From: an uncultured Methanosarcinaceae archaeon
GTDB taxonomy: Archaea > Halobacteriota > Methanosarcinia > Methanosarcinales > Methanosarcinaceae
DNA length: 64,000 nucleotides
Assembly (NCBI GenBank): GCA_963727895.1
Contig: CAVSHT010000007.1
Coordinates: 32,001 to 96,000, forward strand
Direction of reading: 5' to 3'
The notes below the pieces were generated by a model, which did not search any database, was not told the origin of the DNA, and worked only from the letters and a program-made list of their open reading frames with translations. Shown in pieces: positions 12,610 through 27,711 of this stretch (position 1 is its first letter; the number at the start of each line of letters is the position of its first letter). Both the position numbers and the translations under genes were made by a program.

Positions 12610-13938
12610 ATGGACAAAACTAATAAAGTAAAAGTAATACCTCGGTTGATAGGGATATTGCTTTGCCTGGCATTAATACAGGCTGCATATGCTCAAACTG
12701 GGGAGTCTAATGACAATTTAGTTTTCGAAAACGTTGCTTACGAAAATGGAACTTATGAAAATGCTATCCTTGAAACAGGATTAATTGATGAAAATGTAAC
12801 TGATGGCAATTTAATTGGTGAAAATGTCACAGTACATACTATAAATCCGACTTCTCTTTCTATGTATCTGGTAACAGAAAATAGTGAAAAATTTACTGTC
12901 AGTTTCAAGAATGAAGGTAATGAAACACTCGTTATAACCCCAAAAATAGTTTCTATGTCTAACATTGAAAACAACACAATTGAAAACTGGATTTCTGTAT
13001 CTCCAACAAACACAACAGTAGAACCAGGTGCAGTACAGGAATTTACAGTTGAAGTAAATGTCCCCAAAGATGCAGAAAGTGCAAGCTATCAAGTAGCCAT
13101 AGTCTTTACAGATGATTTCCTTCCAAACTCCACAGAATATGTAAACTCAATGAAACTTGATCTCTTTATCCAAGCTAGTCCAAAAATCGACATTCAAACA
13201 AACTATATCTCTGATATTGTTAAAGCTGGACAAGAATATGAGTACAAGATGAAAATCAAAAATATAGCAGACAAAGATATTACTATTGATCCTAAAGTGA
13301 ACAGATACACGTATGATAATTCACTTGATACATTTGTCCTCAGCGATGATGCAATAGTGATCTCTGCCCCTTCAGTTATAAAAGCAGGTGAAATCGCTAA
13401 CATGACAATTAAGTTACCGATCCCAGAAAATGCTACAGGATCGTATAACGGGTATATCGACATGAATGTTGATGGGAAAGCTAATGATGGATCTAATCCA
13501 CAAATAGGTCTGTACTTCAGAGTTATGCAGCAGCCTACAATTCCTTACGTAAAAACTTTCAACATCAAGAATGATGTTCCGATAACGATAGAAGTTTTGA
13601 CAGATACTTATGACCCAGCTATAGGACTGCGTATTTCTCCTAAAAATGAAGAACCGTCTTTTGAAATAAAACTCAAACATAATTCCAGTTTTGTTTCCAT
13701 ATACCCTACAAAAATAACTCAAAGCAGCAATGTAAATACTGGGGAATACTATTTCCCAGCGTGGGCACTGGATAACAATACAATGTATCAGAATACAAGC
13801 AACCATTATGTAGAAACATACACAGTATCGGGAGCAGTCGGAACATGGGAACTCCAGATTATGCCGAAAAATACAGAATCATTTGAATATTCAATAATAT
13901 CGGAAAATCAAGATGAAAATCAGTATATATTAAAGTAA
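12610..13938 (+). CDS. Secreted/surface protein with Ig-like (COG1470/COG1361-type) repeats
   Basis: Signal peptide, many N-x-T sequons, beta-strand-rich repeats such as 'VEPGAVQEFTVEVNVPKDA' and 'IKAGEIANMTIKLPIPENATGSYNG'. Confidence 0.7.
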   Translation: MDKTNKVKVIPRLIGILLCLALIQAAYAQTGESNDNLVFENVAYENGTYENAILETGLIDENVTDGNLIGENVTVHTINPTSLSMYLVTENSEKFTVSFKNEGNETLVITPKIVSMSNIENNTIENWISVSPTNTTVEPGAVQEFTVEVNVPKDAESASYQVAIVFTDDFLPNSTEYVNSMKLDLFIQASPKIDIQTNYISDIVKAGQEYEYKMKIKNIADKDITIDPKVNRYTYDNSLDTFVLSDDAIVISAPSVIKAGEIANMTIKLPIPENATGSYNGYIDMNVDGKANDGSNPQIGLYFRVMQQPTIPYVKTFNIKNDVPITIEVLTDTYDPAIGLRISPKNEEPSFEIKLKHNSSFVSIYPTKITQSSNVNTGEYYFPAWALDNNTMYQNTSNHYVETYTVSGAVGTWELQIMPKNTESFEYSIISENQDENQYILK

Positions 13939-14078
13939 AGCTTTAGAGTAGGTTAGCAGGGTTTAGCTTTATATGCTCTGTATCCTGCTGCCTATACTAT
14001 TTATCAAAGTCTCATCTACGAGATACTTAAGAAAATTAATTCAGAATGATTACTGTCAAAACTAAATATTAAAAAAGG

Positions 14079-14270
14079 TGGGGCTGGTGAGATTCGAACT
14101 CACGATCGACGGGTATCTCCGAACAACTGCTTATACAGTTTTCTGGTGAGCATCTATCAGTGCTCCAACGGTTCCTCATTGTCTTTCCCCGTCGGGAAAT
14201 ACTCAGTATACCCGTTGTTCATCATTTATCCGCTGGAGCCCATCGCCATGCCGGGCTAGGCCACAGCCCC
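14079..14270 (-). tRNA. tRNA-Trp(CCA) with 118-nt intron at 37/38 (intron 14115-14232)
   Basis: Reverse complement gives a GGGGCTG..CAGCCCC acceptor stem, ATGGG-CT-CCA-G|intron|A-CCCGT anticodon arm and GTTCGAAT T-loop; bulge-helix-bulge junction (CTCC/GGAG). Confidence 0.95.
14157..14225 (-). ncRNA. Intron-encoded C/D box guide sRNA targeting its host tRNA-Trp
   Basis: Box C ATGATGA, D' CTGA, C' ATGAGGA, D CTGA. Guides pair with the pre-tRNA and place C34 and C39 at the N+5 position. Confidence 0.9.
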
Positions 14271-14743
14271 TTTACAAGGATACTCTAATATCTTTCTTTT
14301 CTTAAATAGCTAACGGCAAGAAATATGTTTTGGAAGAACAGTATATGTTTTGAGAATATGTTAATAGAAGGTGTCCACTAAAATTTAAGAAATGCATAAA
14401 AAAACTATTAGTTTGGTTTTTATCTCTTTTATGTAACTTGAAGTTTTTTAAGATGATTTCTTTTGAATTGCCCTATTTTCCTGCCAATTATCTCAATTTT
14501 TCAATTCTTTGTGGGAAAAAAATTTATTTCGCTTTTTAGAATATTTGAACATATGTTTATTCAAACATAACAAATAAATTACATTCATTTTTTGTAGACA
14601 CATGTCTTTTTTGGAATAATAGAGTTTATGGTTCTTAGTTGATTACTATTATTAAATTATCATTTTTGGATTCATTGTGTAGATAGATACTTTTATATAC
14701 TAATGGATGGGAAATAGATTACTGACTTAGTAAATATAAATAG

Positions 14744-14767
14744 CGTTGTAACTTAGTAAACATAACC
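14744..14767. promoter_or_regulatory. Candidate ModE-type operator upstream of anfH
   Basis: CGTTGTAA-N8-ACATAACC, 12/16 match to CGTTATGT-N8-ACATAACG. Confidence 0.5.
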
Positions 14768-14873
14768 ACATAATTTGAAATCAGAGGCATAAAATCTGAA
14801 ATAACCTATATCAAAAAATTCACTGCTGTTTAGAAACCCAATTGTTGTTCAAAATAAATGTTGAAATAAATGA

Positions 14874-15737
<864 letters not shown>

Positions 15738-16148
15738 ATAGAAGGGAAAGTGAGTTATAATAAGCATTTATTTCCTATTCTAGCCCACCTGGATAAATAA
15801 TTACCCGCCCACTGGAAAAAGTCAGGCACTCTCCTTGAAAATAATTGTTATTGAATAAGGAAGTACCTGGCAAAAATTAATTCTGAAGATAAGTGTTTTT
15901 CAGCAAAAAGAAAGCAAGAGGATCTACTAAATGACATCCAGTTGAACATAGAATTCTACTACGTTGGGCATCACAATCTAATTGAATCAAATACTTTAGG
16001 TTTTTTACTCTTAATTTCGACTGATAAAGATTCAAAATTATCTTAACACAATGCTAGAAAAGCTTCTGTTAGCCTTGGTATTTCAAGAAGACATAATAGA
16101 CTGATATAGTTTATACAACTAAAAAACATAAAGGGAGGATGTTCTCTA

Positions 16149-16682
16149 ATGGATCAAGTTCGCTATATGCAAAGAAACTGCACGGACAAAGAGAAAATAG
16201 AAAATTTACTTTTACAGGAAAGAACAGGTGTGCTGGGAATGGTAAATGGTACTTTTCCTTATGCTATTCCCATGAATTATGTGTGGCACAAAGGTTCAGT
16301 TTATTTCCATGGAATGGGTTCTGGTAAAAAAGAAGATATTCTTTCTCAGAGTCCGTCTGTTTGTTTCACAGTATCTAAAGAACATGGCACCGTAATTGAT
16401 CCTGTGCCCTGCCATGCGGATACAGCATACATGAGCGTGATGCTTTTTGGAAAAGCAGAAAAAGTAACTGACTCAGAAGAAGCTACTGAAGCTCTTCAAA
16501 AAATAGTTGAAAAATATATGCCTGGATATTATAGTAACCCTTTAACGAATAATTTTGTTGAAAAATACCGTTCATCACTTGATAAAAATCCAGTTTCAGT
16601 ATATAGAATAACGCTGGAAGGAATAACCGCTAAAGAAAACTCAGTAGAGTATGAACAACTGTTCAATTCGGAAATATCTTAA
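16149..16682 (+). CDS. Pyridoxamine 5'-phosphate oxidase-like (NimA-like) flavin-binding protein
   Basis: 'PYAIPMNYV...VYFHG..SGKK....NPSVCFTV'-type pattern and 'YMSVMLFGKA'. Confidence 0.8.
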   Translation: MDQVRYMQRNCTDKEKIENLLLQERTGVLGMVNGTFPYAIPMNYVWHKGSVYFHGMGSGKKEDILSQSPSVCFTVSKEHGTVIDPVPCHADTAYMSVMLFGKAEKVTDSEEATEALQKIVEKYMPGYYSNPLTNNFVEKYRSSLDKNPVSVYRITLEGITAKENSVEYEQLFNSEIS

Positions 16683-16806
16683 TTGCACAGTAGTTACACG
16701 AAATAAGGCCTTTTGGGAAAAAGTCCCAAATACTCTTTTTATAGTACTTCTCATTACAATCCTTATTAATAAAAGTATGATATTGATATGCTGACATTTA
16801 CAAGGT

Positions 16807-17426
16807 TTATACTTTTATAATTTTGAAAGTCATTTTGTTAGGCAATTCATTTACAATTTCAGATTTAAAACCTAAAACCTCTAATTCGGTATCAAACCAT
16901 TTTGGAACATGACAGAAAACTACGTCCAGATTGTTAAATTTTCCCTCTTTTAGATACGGAATTAAAACTTTCTTTGAGTTCAAGTCAGGATTTATTAAGA
17001 GGATTTTTTAAGATTAAGGGAAAAATCACCTTTAATCGCGCCATGTTCCAAAAATTTTACGATATCGAATTTGATAGGTTCTTCCTGCTTCTTTTCAATC
17101 ACATTAAGCATATCTTTTTTAATTGAACTAAGGATATCTGGCACGCTATATTCTGTAAGGAATATATCAAAGAATGCTGTTTGAAAAAAACCAACTGTTA
17201 CTCCTGGAAGCTCACTTGCAGCAATTATTTTTACATCACCAAGTTGCTTTACGGTTTCCTCTACAGCCACCCTTACCTCAGGAATGCTTTTCACACTACA
17301 AATTATATTTTCGAAGCGATTCAGAACTTTCCAGTCTTCCCCTTCTTCTTTATAGATGGAAATAAAACTAGGTTCCAATATTGAACTCGTTTTTTGGTTA
17401 TTATCTTTCACAACTGCAATTTTCAA
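16807..17426 (-). pseudogene. anfO: Fe-only nitrogenase accessory protein AnfO; frameshift in A-run near 17005
   Basis: 143-aa ORF continues in another frame as 'ILLINPDLNSKKVLIPYLKEGKFNNLDVVFCHVPKWF...' to TAA at 16807; lies after anfK. Confidence 0.7.
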
Positions 17427-17819
17427 GATATTTCCTCCTATCAGACTAAAATATTAGTTTTCAACTGAGAAGTAAAAACAGTTCCCTCTTCTAAGACTAT
17501 CTATTAACTTGCATACTTAGAGACAAATTCGAAAGTAAAACGCTGATAATTCTACAATAATTTTATTGAAGTAGAACACAAAAAAGAATAGTTAATAAAA
17601 GCTTATGGATGCATCCTTGCATCTCTTTGTTCCGCCAAGGAATGAGAGAGCAAAATATTCATTATTTTTAATCGGGTGCACTCCATTGTAACTTTATATT
17701 TGTATATTTTTTAAATGACTATGTTAGAATTACTTAACACTGTGAACAAACAGAAAAAAATAAATAATAACTAAACCTTACATATGTGATTGTTTAAATT
17801 TTTAGTCTTCAATCTATAC

Positions 17820-19223
<1,404 letters not shown>

Positions 19224-19573
19224 TTAATAAATCGGGTTAGTTAGTTCTTGATTAAGTGACCCATTAATAGTTAAGTAATCTATACGCTCTTTGAGCCCCT
19301 GCATAAGTATCTTGATATCTTTTTTGTCCATTGTATTCAACCATGGATATGTTTTTTGAACCCATTTGCTAAATACACAGCATCTACCCAATAGCATCTA
19401 TCTTCAGGTGTGCTGAGATCAACAGGTTCATCGCACAATAATTGCATGGTTTTTGTAAGGATTCCTTCATTTTGCCTTTCTCTGTCCCAGGAACGTGAAT
19501 GAAACTGCCACAGGCACCATTTCATAATAAAATATACAAGCTGCTCTATCCTATCTTTCATAATGTCATCCAT
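19224..19573 (-). pseudogene. anfG: Fe-only nitrogenase delta chain; frameshift in A6 run near 19355
   Basis: '[20 protein letters not shown]', continuing in the shifted frame as '[41 protein letters not shown]'. Confidence 0.85.
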
Positions 19574-19595
19574 TTATGACCTCATCTTCTTTCTA

Positions 19596-21552
<1,957 letters not shown>

Positions 21553-21565
21553 AATTGCCCCCTCC

Positions 21566-21883
21566 TCAAAGACCTGTATCCCCTGTACGTATCATATATG
21601 CATTGTCAACGGGGATGACAAAAATTTTACCGTCTCCTTGATGAACGGTATATGCTTTGTATTTGATAATTTTAACAACTTCTTCAACACACTCATCTTC
21701 TACAACTAGTATGAGCATGGTTTTAGGGAGTTCATCATAGTGTATTACTCCAATCGTGATTCCGTTTTGTTTTCCACGATCGGGTGCGTCTATTTTTGTT
21801 AGTGAAATAAATCCCCCTTCTGAAAGCCCTTCTATGACATTATCAGTGGTTTCAGGGCACAATAAAGCCTTGATCCTCTTCAT
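21566..21883 (-). CDS. anfI1: P-II family nitrogenase regulator (NifI1-type), degenerate motifs
   Basis: 'RGKQNGITIG..HYDELPKTML', 'GDGKIFV..AYMIRTG'. The usual IRP and GRG read LCP and DRG. Confidence 0.8.
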   Translation of the reverse strand: MKRIKALLCPETTDNVIEGLSEGGFISLTKIDAPDRGKQNGITIGVIHYDELPKTMLILVVEDECVEEVVKIIKYKAYTVHQGDGKIFVIPVDNAYMIRTGDTGL

Positions 21884-22303
21884 ATTAATTCTCCTTTCAC
21901 CGTTGAACAAAACTTTTAATTTAAAACTTCATTCCGCGGAAAATAATGTTTTTCGGTATATAATTAAGCTATATGCTGTATATTGTGAATGGAATTCTAT
22001 TCATGATGTTTTGCGATGGCACTCTAGTGAACGGTACTTGATCATATTTTGTGATTTTTTTCAAACTCATATCAAGATTCTTTGTAACAACAAAATTTTC
22101 TTGTTCACTAATTTCAAATGAAAGCTTGTTATTTTTTACAAGTATGCTACCTGTCGTGATTAATGGAGAGAGTAAAGTTGAGATATATAGTTTTCACGTC
22201 CTTTGTTAAGGTAAATAGTGACAAACTTGTGTTGTTTACTATGGACAAGTATGAAAGAGCTAGGCTTTCCTGTTCATACGATCTCTTTATATATTTATAT
22301 AAG

Positions 22304-22327
22304 CTATATGTTTATAAAAACATAACA
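22304..22327. promoter_or_regulatory. Candidate ModE-type operator upstream of the anfI1-I2-DGK operon
   Basis: CTATATGT-N8-ACATAACA, 13/16 match to CGTTATGT-N8-ACATAACG. Confidence 0.55.
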
Positions 22328-22703
22328 GTTGTTTATATTTATGGAATACAGTAACCTATTTCCTATATTGTGGTATATAATATTTTTTATTGGTGGGAAT
22401 ATAGAATACATTTCCTTATAGAGAAATCTAAAAATAATAATTGTTAAAATTAGAAAACGTAAATTCTAAAAAAATAAGTGTCACTCATAAAGATAAGTAA
22501 AATATCCAAAACTAAAAATAAAATAATATCAAAATGATTTTTGATTTTAATTATTGAGATAGTTATTATTGTGTTATTATTGCCAAAAATTCTATAGGTA
22601 AAACAAAACATATCAAAAATAATGAGTCAAATTAAATGTTGATATAATTTGTTTTTAAAATTTATCAACACTTTCGTCTTAAAAACAATGTTTACTTATT
22701 GAA

Positions 22704-23834
22704 TTATCTGTTTTGAAATGCGACTACTTTTGTCATTTCCAATTTTGCCATACATAGATCACCTGCATGTAGATTAAGAGAATCAGCAAATTGTGCAGGT
22801 ATTTCTACAGTAAAATCCTTGTTGTATCTAACAAGTTTAATTTTAATACGTTTTTCTGGTCCCTTATTGACAATGCTATTAATACGGGCAGAATAAGTGT
22901 TATCATTTTGGTTTTCAGAACACAACTCAGGCAAAATAAGAGTTACGTTTTCAGGATGAATTCCCCAAGAGACTTTATCTCCGGCTTTTAAACTCTTATT
23001 TTTTATCCTCAAACTCAAGTTTCCATTTTTTATTACTGTACATTCTGACTCTTCATCATACTTTTCAACATAAGCGTCATTGAAAATATTAGAGATCCCA
23101 ACTAGTTCTGCTACATGAAGGTTATTAGGATGATAGAATATTTCTTCCGGAGTGCCGAACTGCTGAGCTTTTCCCTTATATAAGATAAGAATCTTGTCTG
23201 CTAGCTGGAAAGCTTCTTCCAAAATGTGAGTGATAAATAATACAGGTATTTGAATTTGAGTTTGAAGATCTTTTATTTTTTGTGCAAGTTCGACCCTTAT
23301 ATCTTGATCAAGAGCAGAGAAAGGCTCATCCAGGAGAAGTATTTCAGGTTTCGGGGCCAGTGCCCTTGCCAGAGCAACTCTCTGTTTCTGCCCACCCGAT
23401 AATTGGGTTGGATATCGGGTTTCCAGCTCTTCAATATGGAGAAGACTTAGCATTTCCAATACTCTTTTGTCTTTTGTTTCATTCTCCCAACCTCTGAGCC
23501 CACATTCTATATTTTTTCTTACATTCATGTGAGGAAAAAGAGTATAACTCTGGAAAACATAACCTAAATTGCGTTTCTGGATTGGAAGATTAATTTTTTT
23601 TTCTTTGTCAAAATAAACCTTATTTCCCACGATTATTTTTCCATTATCAAGTTCTGTAATCCCAGAAATGCACTTAAACAACGTGGTCTTTCCTGATCCA
23701 GAAGGTCCAAAAAGCACTACAAGTTCGTTTTCTATTTCAAAACTGACATCTAACGTAAAGGATTTTTTAGTGCCTTTTTTTTTATTAGTGTCAGTTTCAT
23801 AATACTGTTTTTTAATTTCAACTTTAACACTCAA
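22704..23834 (-). CDS. modC: Molybdate/tungstate ABC transporter ATP-binding protein
   Basis: Walker A 'GPSGSGKTT', 'LSGGQKQRVALARAL', 'LLLDEPFSALD', C-terminal TOBE-like region. TTG start at 23834 after GAGG. Confidence 0.85.
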   Translation of the reverse strand: MSVKVEIKKQYYETDTNKKKGTKKSFTLDVSFEIENELVVLFGPSGSGKTTLFKCISGITELDNGKIIVGNKVYFDKEKKINLPIQKRNLGYVFQSYTLFPHMNVRKNIECGLRGWENETKDKRVLEMLSLLHIEELETRYPTQLSGGQKQRVALARALAPKPEILLLDEPFSALDQDIRVELAQKIKDLQTQIQIPVLFITHILEEAFQLADKILILYKGKAQQFGTPEEIFYHPNNLHVAELVGISNIFNDAYVEKYDEESECTVIKNGNLSLRIKNKSLKAGDKVSWGIHPENVTLILPELCSENQNDNTYSARINSIVNKGPEKRIKIKLVRYNKDFTVEIPAQFADSLNLHAGDLCMAKLEMTKVVAFQNR

Positions 23835-24209
23835 GTTTATGCCTCTACTTTTCCTGTAAACAGTCCCATTAGAGATATATTCAGATGGATATAAGGATAA
23901 AGGATTAAGGACGAGTTTTTGGGCTAGTTCATTATTGCCTGCCTGAAAGCACCATATCTTTAGGTAGACATAGTATTGTTTTCCTTGGAGATTCATTCCA
24001 GCATAAGGGTTGCTTCGAATTCCCCTGCAGCTTTTGCAAAACCTGGCACAATCCTTGCGAATATTCTGTTTTTTTTCAAGAGGGCATGTTACTAAAAAGG
24101 CAAGTTAAATTTCACTTTAATAAGATTACCCACTGAAAAATGTCAAAATAGATGATATGGTGGCTATCCATATAGTAATGGATAAAGGAAACCATATCAT
24201 GTCAAACAT
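23835..24209 (-). pseudogene. modB: Remnant of molybdate ABC permease (internal deletion, stops, frameshifts)
   Basis: ATG 24209 gives 'MFDMIWFPLSITIWIATISSILTFFSG*'. Downstream fragments 'IFARIVPGFAKAAGEFEATLML' (cf. FARAxGEFGATLM) and 'FQAGNNELAQKLVL'. Only ~375 bp remain between modA and modC. Confidence 0.8.
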
Positions 24210-24229
24210 AAATTATGTCTTATTTACTG

Positions 24230-25060
24230 TTAAGCTGCGGACTTGAATCCAGAATTTTGCAAGATTTTCTGTCCTTCTGCTCCAGTTACGAAATCAATGA
24301 ATTTCTGTGCATCTTTTTTATCTTGAGACGAGGAAACTATGGCTATCGGATATTTAACAGGAGTACTGACAGATATATTTGTAATGATTTTGATAGTTCC
24401 TGGTTCTGCAGTCATTGCGTCACTCATATATACAAAACCTGCGTCAACTTCCCCTCTTTCCACGTATGTAAGTACTTGTTTGACATCTTCAGCAAATACC
24501 GCCTTGTTTTCGAGCTGACTCCATAAACCTGCTTCAGTCATTGCAGTACGTGTATAATTTCCGACAGGTACTGTATCAGGATTTCCAACGCCGATTTTCT
24601 CTACCTTGGAGTCAGTCAGATCTTTCACGCCAGTGATATTAAGGGTGCTATTTACAGGAACAATAAGTACCAGTGAGTTTTGAGCAAAGTTTTCTCTTGA
24701 ACTGTTGTCGATAAGAGTCTCATTGGCAAGAGTGTTCATGTTTTTCTGATCAGCTGAAGCAAAAACATCCGCAGGAGCTCCTCCCTCAATCTGCTTACGC
24801 AAGTTACCTGAACTTCCAAAATTGAAATTTACATCTACGCCAGGGTTTTCGGTTTCAAATTCAGGTTCCATATCCTTAAAAGCTTCTGTAAGGCTGGCAG
24901 CTGCAGATACTGTAATTTCTTCAGATTTCTGTTCAGAAGCTGAGTTACTTGTGTTAACTGGGATACTCGTATTATTTGTAGCTTTATTTCCGTTATCAGT
25001 ACATCCTATTGCAAGGAATACGCTAAACAATACTAATAGAACTATCAGTTCTTTTTTCAT
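24230..25060 (-). CDS. modA: Molybdate ABC transporter substrate-binding lipoprotein
   Basis: Lipobox 'LAIGC', 'VSAAASL', 'FGSSGNLRKQIEGGAPADVFASA', 'GEVDAGFVYMSDA'. Confidence 0.92.
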   Translation of the reverse strand: MKKELIVLLVLFSVFLAIGCTDNGNKATNNTSIPVNTSNSASEQKSEEITVSAAASLTEAFKDMEPEFETENPGVDVNFNFGSSGNLRKQIEGGAPADVFASADQKNMNTLANETLIDNSSRENFAQNSLVLIVPVNSTLNITGVKDLTDSKVEKIGVGNPDTVPVGNYTRTAMTEAGLWSQLENKAVFAEDVKQVLTYVERGEVDAGFVYMSDAMTAEPGTIKIITNISVSTPVKYPIAIVSSSQDKKDAQKFIDFVTGAEGQKILQNSGFKSAA

Positions 25061-25647
25061 AAATATACTTCCTCGGTATGTTTTTGTTGTAATATAGTAT
25101 CGAAGCTGTTAAACTCAGGATCGATAACAGTGAAATTGATATTAAGGATTAATTTTTTGATTTTGGCTATTTTTATTTCTTCAATACCTGGGTTGTTGTA
25201 ATAAATTACTCTATTTAATATGTGTTTATTTATTCCAATTCAATATTTTTGTGGCTACGTTCTACTATTGCAGAAGATTAAGGATAATTTTTAGAAAAAG
25301 CTTCAATTACTTAAGTCTTATATTAAACATAGACACCTTAGTAAATAAATTATATTTTGAAAAATTTATTAATACTGATGTTCTAATGAAACATATTTCC
25401 TAGGATTTTGATATTATTGGTTTGAGTATCCAGTCTGATTTGACTACATTAGAAAGTTGAGCGTCTAATAGTGATAAGAGTCAAATTCTTATTGAATGCT
25501 TTGAAAAATATAAATCCACATTCAACAGATTTACACGGATGTAATACTCATTTTTTGAAATGAGTTAATTAACCGGGTATATTTTGTGCACTTCTGCAGA
25601 ATGTGAAATTAGTTAATTTAACTACTTCTCATCGATTGATGAGACAA

Positions 25648-25857
25648 TTAGTCTGTTGCTATCATCACATTTGAAGCCTTGACTACAGCGTATACATCGC
25701 TTCCTTCTTTTAAGCTCAGACCTTCAGCTGAAGTTTTTGTGATGATAGAAGTGATTTCTGTTCCACCGGGCAATTCTATTATAATTTCAGCGTTTACCAT
25801 ACCAGTAACAATGCTTTTAACTTTGCCCTTCATAACATTACGTGCACTTAATTTCAT
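25648..25857 (-). CDS. mop: Molbindin (Mop/TOBE) molybdate-binding protein
   Basis: 'MKLSARNVMKGKV...ITSIITKTSAEGLSL...AVVKASNVMI'. Confidence 0.9.
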   Translation of the reverse strand: MKLSARNVMKGKVKSIVTGMVNAEIIIELPGGTEITSIITKTSAEGLSLKEGSDVYAVVKASNVMIATD

Positions 25858-26221
25858 TTCCTTGCTCCTCCTTCAAGTGTTAATTCTAAACACTTGCTCT
25901 TTTCAATTAGGCACTTCTTAATAATATATTTTGCGTTTATATATTATAATTACATTATCGAGAATTAAAGTAGAATAATTATAAACAGTAGAGAATACAT
26001 AGACTCAAATTTAAATAATAATTTATTTAATGTTGTATATTTAACGAGTAGGTTAACTATTAAATTCCCCCTGTAATGAAAAATGGATAAATTCATTTCA
26101 ATTTACAGGTTTGAAGAATAACATCAAAAATAAAACATTCCTTCTATGTATCTTAATCTAAAGTAAATGATGTACTTAAAATGTTGTTTTTTATTGGACT
26201 TAAGCTTTTTAATTATCAAAT

Positions 26222-26852
26222 GAGGATCACAGAGACACAAGATCACACCCATTTTCAAAATAATTGAGTTTCAATCCAATTAGAATGTTTCTGTTATGCT
26301 GAAAAGGACTCTTTACTATTATTTGTGGAAACTGAAAGAGCCATTATCTTCACAAACCAACCTTTAAACTTTACATAATTGTTCTTGTTAAACCAGACCC
26401 ATCTTCCCTTTTGTTGTGAAGTAAACTTCCTTACCTGCCATTCTCTTTTGAGAAAATCCATTGAAAATCCATTATTACATTTTATTTGGAGCAAGGATGT
26501 AAAATAATGGATATTATTTTTCTGAGACGATGTAAATCTTTGGAATATGAGTGTTCTTTAATGAAGTTTAACTTCCTTTCCTGTCATTGTCTTTCAGGAA
26601 AATCCATTATTACATTTTATTTGGAGCAAGGATGTAAAATAATGGATATTATTTTTCCTGAAATTAGACAAATTTTTGGAACAAGGGTAGTTTTTCTCTA
26701 ACCAGAGTTTCTTTATCAATAAATTTGGGGGTTTAAAGATGAACAGTTCAAAGGTTGATTCCTCGGCGTTTTACCTTTGCCGAATACATAACCTTAATCA
26801 TTTAAGGGATTTGAAACGCTTTTTGAACAATATATTATCTCTTGTGATCCTC
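26222..26852. mobile_element. Possible non-autonomous element with terminal inverted repeats and an internal ~135-bp degenerate tandem repeat
   Basis: Left end GAGGATCACA-GAGA; right end reverse complement GAGGATCACAAGAGA. Internal repeat GAAAATCCATTATTACATTTTATTTGGAGCAAGGATGTAAAATAATGGATATTATTTTTC at ~26463 and ~26598. No target duplication found. Confidence 0.45.
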
Positions 26853-26884
26853 CATATCCATAAAAGCACACAACCTATATATAA

Positions 26885-26908
26885 CGTTATGTTTTTCAAA
26901 ACATAACG
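26885..26908. promoter_or_regulatory. ModE-type operator (perfect palindrome)
   Basis: CGTTATGT-TTTTCAAA-ACATAACG, abutting a minus-strand TTATATA box, between mop and fmdB. Confidence 0.75.
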
Positions 26909-27711
26909 ATTGAAATATTCAAAGATATAAGTTATCTGAAAACCTACCACTTTTATATGAATAACAAGTTATTTTGGATTTTGTTGCAAAATAACAATAA
27001 TTTTTTCTCATTCCTCAAGACATTAAGTTTGCTAAAATCCATTTTTATAACTATTTAGAAAAATTTTAAGGAAATGTATACAACTTAATATATTTTTTAT
27101 TATATATACATATAATATGTAGATAGTATTAATTTTTAGTACCGAAATTGCCAAAAAATAGCCTTGGTCATCAAATTATAATTGTCATAAAAATATCGAA
27201 AAGCATTTTTGAATATTAGTGTGATATTTGAAAGGTATCCTGTGTTTCTCTTGAGATATAAACTAACCGACACATTTATATTGAACCATACATTTAGAAT
27301 AAAATGTATATTCTATCATGAATTTACATGAACAAATAGAGAAAACAGTTTACTAACAATAAAAGCAGAGCTGAAAATCTGCTAACTAGCAAACTACAGC
27401 CGAAATTTGAACACGGTTTTTTTCTATTGGGATCTGGAAATTAATAGACTTTCCTAAATTCCCCCACCCGTCTTCCAAGATGCAGGGGAAAGGCGTATTC
27501 CTTAAAACCTGTTGACATTGAAGTACTAGTTCATAAAAATGAGATAGTGCGATGAAATTACTGTGTACTGTTCATAAGCATGAAAATGAATTGTTGTGCA
27601 GTTCACAGAACAATGTTGAGAGGTCAATAAAATGCAAGATGAGATGAAACTATCGATTTTTTCTGAAAAGTGCACTGAAAATACAATATCAATATTTTAT
27701 ACAGAAGGGAA

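Noticed and set aside
15783..15869. Short direct repeat and 13-bp inverted repeat after anfH (possible IS end or terminator)
   Set aside because: No second terminus, target duplication or transposase frame could be identified.
23835..23996. N-terminal extension of ModC in the ORF track
   Set aside because: It is the eroded modB 3' end read in frame by chance.
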